64,000 bases of DNA from Kiritimatiellia bacterium (GTDB lineage Bacteria > Verrucomicrobiota > Kiritimatiellia > JAAZAB01), in assembly GCA_028718125.1 (NCBI GenBank), contig JAQUMN010000016.1:12041-76040 (forward strand). The letters run 5' to 3'. The notes beneath the pieces are model-generated. The model was not told where the DNA came from. It made no database searches and saw only the letters and a program-made list of their open reading frames with translations. The position numbers were made by a program, and so were the translations under genes. This document shows, one piece after another, positions 61,630 to 64,000 of this stretch (positions are counted from its first letter, which is position 1; every line of letters starts with the position of its first letter).

Positions 61630-64000
61630 ATGGACATCGAGCCCAAACACTCTGTCGTCAGCGGGATCATCGAGGCATTCCTCAAGGGGAACCTTGCCGT
61701 CCTCCTGATCATCATCGCGCTGGCCGCCGGCGCGGCGGCGCTATTCCTCACGCCGCGCGAGGAGGAGCCGCAGATCGTCGTGCCCCTGGCCGATGTCATG
61801 GTCATGTATCCCGGCGGGTCGGCCCAGGAGGTTGAGCGGCTGGTCTCTTCACGCCTCGAACGCATGCTGTACCAGGTTGATGGCGTCGAGTATGTATACT
61901 CAATATCCCGTCCGGGCATGGCCGTAGTTACAGTGCGCTTCAGGGTCGGCGAGGACCGCGAGAAGAGCCTGATCAAACTTTATAACAAGATCTTCCAGAA
62001 CATCGACAAGGCCACGCCTGGCATCGCCGGGTGGGTCGTGAAGCCGATCGAGATCGACGATGTCCCGATCGTCACCGTGGCGCTCTACAACGATCGCTAC
62101 GATGAACACACCCTCTATCGCGTAGGCGAAGAAGTCGTCGCCCGACTCCAACACATTCCCAACACCGGGAACATAACCCTGCACGGCGGCCGGCGCCGCG
62201 TGCTCCACGTATATCTCGACATGGAGCGCATCGCGGCCTACGGGCTTTCGCCAATGGAGATCGCGGGCGCTCTAAAGGTCTCCAACGCACAGATGGAAAG
62301 CGGCGGGTTCGAGCAGGCTAACGCTTCGCTGCGTGTCGAGGCCGGGCCGTTCCTTCGCACCGCCGCCGAGATCCGCAACCTGATGGTGGGAACGCACGCG
62401 GATCGGCCGGTCTACCTGCGCGACGTGGCGAAGGTCGTGGATGGCCCGGAGGAGCTTCAGTCATACACCCGCATCGGCTTCAGCGCCGCCGCGGCCCTGG
62501 CGACCAACGATGGTGCGAAAGGGGCGTCCTTCCCCGCCGTCACTATCGCCGTGGCCAAGAAAAAGGGCAGCAACGCGGTGTGGGTCTCCCGCGAGGTGGA
62601 GCGCACGCTCGAAGCCATGCGGGGCAGGATCATCCCGGACGAGATGTGGTTCCGCATCACGCGCGATTATGGCGAAACCGCCAATGACAAAGTCAACGGC
62701 CTGGTCGAAAGCCTTGTCCTGGCCATCATCACGGTGATCGTGCTGATCGCCGTTACCATGACCTTGCGGGTCAGTCTCATTGTGGCCCTGGCTGTACCCA
62801 TCACTTATGCCATCACGCTTTTGATCAACTATCTCGCCGGCTACACGATCAACCGCGTCACGCTTTTCGCGTTGATCCTCGCGCTCGGCCTTCTCGTGGA
62901 CGACCCCATCGTAGCAGTGGAGAATATCTACCGCCACCTCAAGATGCGCCGTTACCCGCGTCTTCAAGCCATCGCCATGGCAATGAACGAAGTCATGCCG
63001 CCGGTCATCCTGGCCACGTTTGCCGTTGTCGTGGCGTTCATCCCCATGTTCTTCATCACCGGGATGATGGGGCCTTACATGCGTCCCATGGCCCTGAACG
63101 TGCCGCTCGCCATGCTGGCCTCGATGCTCGTTTCATTCGCCATCACCCCTTGGGTGTCCAGCAAACTACTGCGTGCCGATCACGACGAGGCTGTCATAGA
63201 CGTCCGCCAGACGCGTACCTACCGCGTTTACAGTGCCATCCTGCGCCCCTTCGCCGATTCCCGGCGTAAAGGCGCGCTTCTGCTGTTGGTCACCGGCGCC
63301 CTGTTCGCCATGTCGCTCCTGCTGATCCCCACCGGCGGCGTGCCTCTCAAGATGCTGCCGTTCGACAACAAGAACGAGTTCCAGATGCTCGTGGACATGC
63401 CGGAAACGGCCACGCTGGAGACCACGGATGGAGTGGTACGGGATCTGGAAGCCTATTTGCGTACGCTTCCTGAAGTCACGGACTTCACGTCCACCGTGGG
63501 CGCCGGCTCTCCCATGGACTTCAACGGTCTGGTGCGCCACTACTACCTGCGGCAGGGTCCGCATGTCGCCGATATCCGAGTCAGCCTCTTGCCCCGCAAC
63601 AATCGGGAAATGGACAGCCACTCCATCATCCTGCGCATCCGAAACGATATTGCCGCCATAGGCAGGCGCTGGAACGCACGCGTCAAACTCGTGGAGGCGC
63701 CGCCGGGGCCGCCCGTGCTTTCGACTGTCGTTGCCGAGATCTACGGACAGCCGCACCACGCCTACAAGGACCTGGCTGATGCGGCGCGGGTGGTCAAGGC
63801 CCGCCTGGAAACTGAGCCGGGCGTCGTGGATGTTGACGACACCGTCGAGGCGGATCAGCGCGAGTTATTCTTCCACGTGGACCGTGAGAAGGCCGGCCTG
63901 AACGGCATCTCCACCGAGGATATCACGCAGACCCTATACCTGACTCTCAACGGCATGTCTGGCGGCACGGTGCATGTGCCGGACCAGCAGAATGAAGTGC
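61630..64000 (+). CDS. RND efflux permease (AcrB/CzcA family), 3' end beyond window
   Basis: ATG 61630 is 4 nt after the MFP stop. It translates as MDIEPKHSVVSGIIEAFLKG ... and stays in frame to the window end. It is missing from the ORF track because no stop occurs inside the window. Confidence 0.85.
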   Translation, partial: MDIEPKHSVVSGIIEAFLKGNLAVLLIIIALAAGAAALFLTPREEEPQIVVPLADVMVMYPGGSAQEVERLVSSRLERMLYQVDGVEYVYSISRPGMAVVTVRFRVGEDREKSLIKLYNKIFQNIDKATPGIAGWVVKPIEIDDVPIVTVALYNDRYDEHTLYRVGEEVVARLQHIPNTGNITLHGGRRRVLHVYLDMERIAAYGLSPMEIAGALKVSNAQMESGGFEQANASLRVEAGPFLRTAAEIRNLMVGTHADRPVYLRDVAKVVDGPEELQSYTRIGFSAAAALATNDGAKGASFPAVTIAVAKKKGSNAVWVSREVERTLEAMRGRIIPDEMWFRITRDYGETANDKVNGLVESLVLAIITVIVLIAVTMTLRVSLIVALAVPITYAITLLINYLAGYTINRVTLFALILALGLLVDDPIVAVENIYRHLKMRRYPRLQAIAMAMNEVMPPVILATFAVVVAFIPMFFITGMMGPYMRPMALNVPLAMLASMLVSFAITPWVSSKLLRADHDEAVIDVRQTRTYRVYSAILRPFADSRRKGALLLLVTGALFAMSLLLIPTGGVPLKMLPFDNKNEFQMLVDMPETATLETTDGVVRDLEAYLRTLPEVTDFTSTVGAGSPMDFNGLVRHYYLRQGPHVADIRVSLLPRNNREMDSHSIILRIRNDIAAIGRRWNARVKLVEAPPGPPVLSTVVAEIYGQPHHAYKDLADAARVVKARLETEPGVVDVDDTVEADQRELFFHVDREKAGLNGISTEDITQTLYLTLNGMSGGTVHVPDQQNEV

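Noticed and set aside
1-64000. Searched for mobile-element hallmarks (integrase, transposase, tRNA-adjacent att repeats) and defence systems (nucleases, helicases, toxin-antitoxin pairs)
   Set aside because: None were recognised. The low-GC segment at 24.2-30.2 kb has no recombinase, so a horizontal-transfer origin remains inference only.

Overview
This is a high-GC (roughly 60-65%) bacterial chromosomal segment. All calls below come from reading the translations and the DNA by eye; no searches were run.

The window splits into four blocks.

(1) About 1-28.7 kb is a large surface-glycan locus (LPS core/O-antigen-like or EPS).
- It holds a partial radical-SAM/SPASM enzyme, a polysaccharide deacetylase, a SAM methyltransferase and a secreted clan GH-A glycosidase.
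- It also holds an O-antigen-ligase-like protein and three consecutive polytopic GT-C-like membrane proteins.
- A DegT aminotransferase, a cobalamin-radical-SAM enzyme, a GT2 polyprenyl-P-sugar synthase-like enzyme and a Wzx flippase sit in an Arn-like arrangement.
- An LpxL-like acyltransferase, a GT9 heptosyltransferase and an SDR epimerase follow.
- The locus ends with a second B12-rSAM, a GT2-phosphoglycosyltransferase fusion, a membrane sulfatase/PEA-transferase-like protein, a BioB/HydE-like rSAM and a GT2.
- An AT-richer sub-region (~24.2-30.2 kb) carries a poly-G tract and a palindromic element.

(2) 28.9-35.2 kb carries two paralogous PAS hybrid histidine kinases whose kinase cores are ~97% identical at DNA level and which share an upstream motif. 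It also carries a secreted tandem-repeat protein and a sigma-54 enhancer-binding protein with a degenerate KaiC-like N-domain plus GAF.

(3) 35.5-52.4 kb is a co-directional nitrogen/glutamine supra-cluster: GSIII (behind a clear sigma-54 promoter), NadE, GltB, GltD, PurF, PyrG, CarB, CarA.

(4) 55-64 kb carries SurE, a CBM-like secreted protein, an ECF sigma with a ZAS anti-sigma, thioredoxin, small DUF2892-like membrane proteins, and an OMF-MFP-RND efflux system cut off at the window end.

No rRNA, tRNA, CRISPR array, transposase or integrase was recognised.
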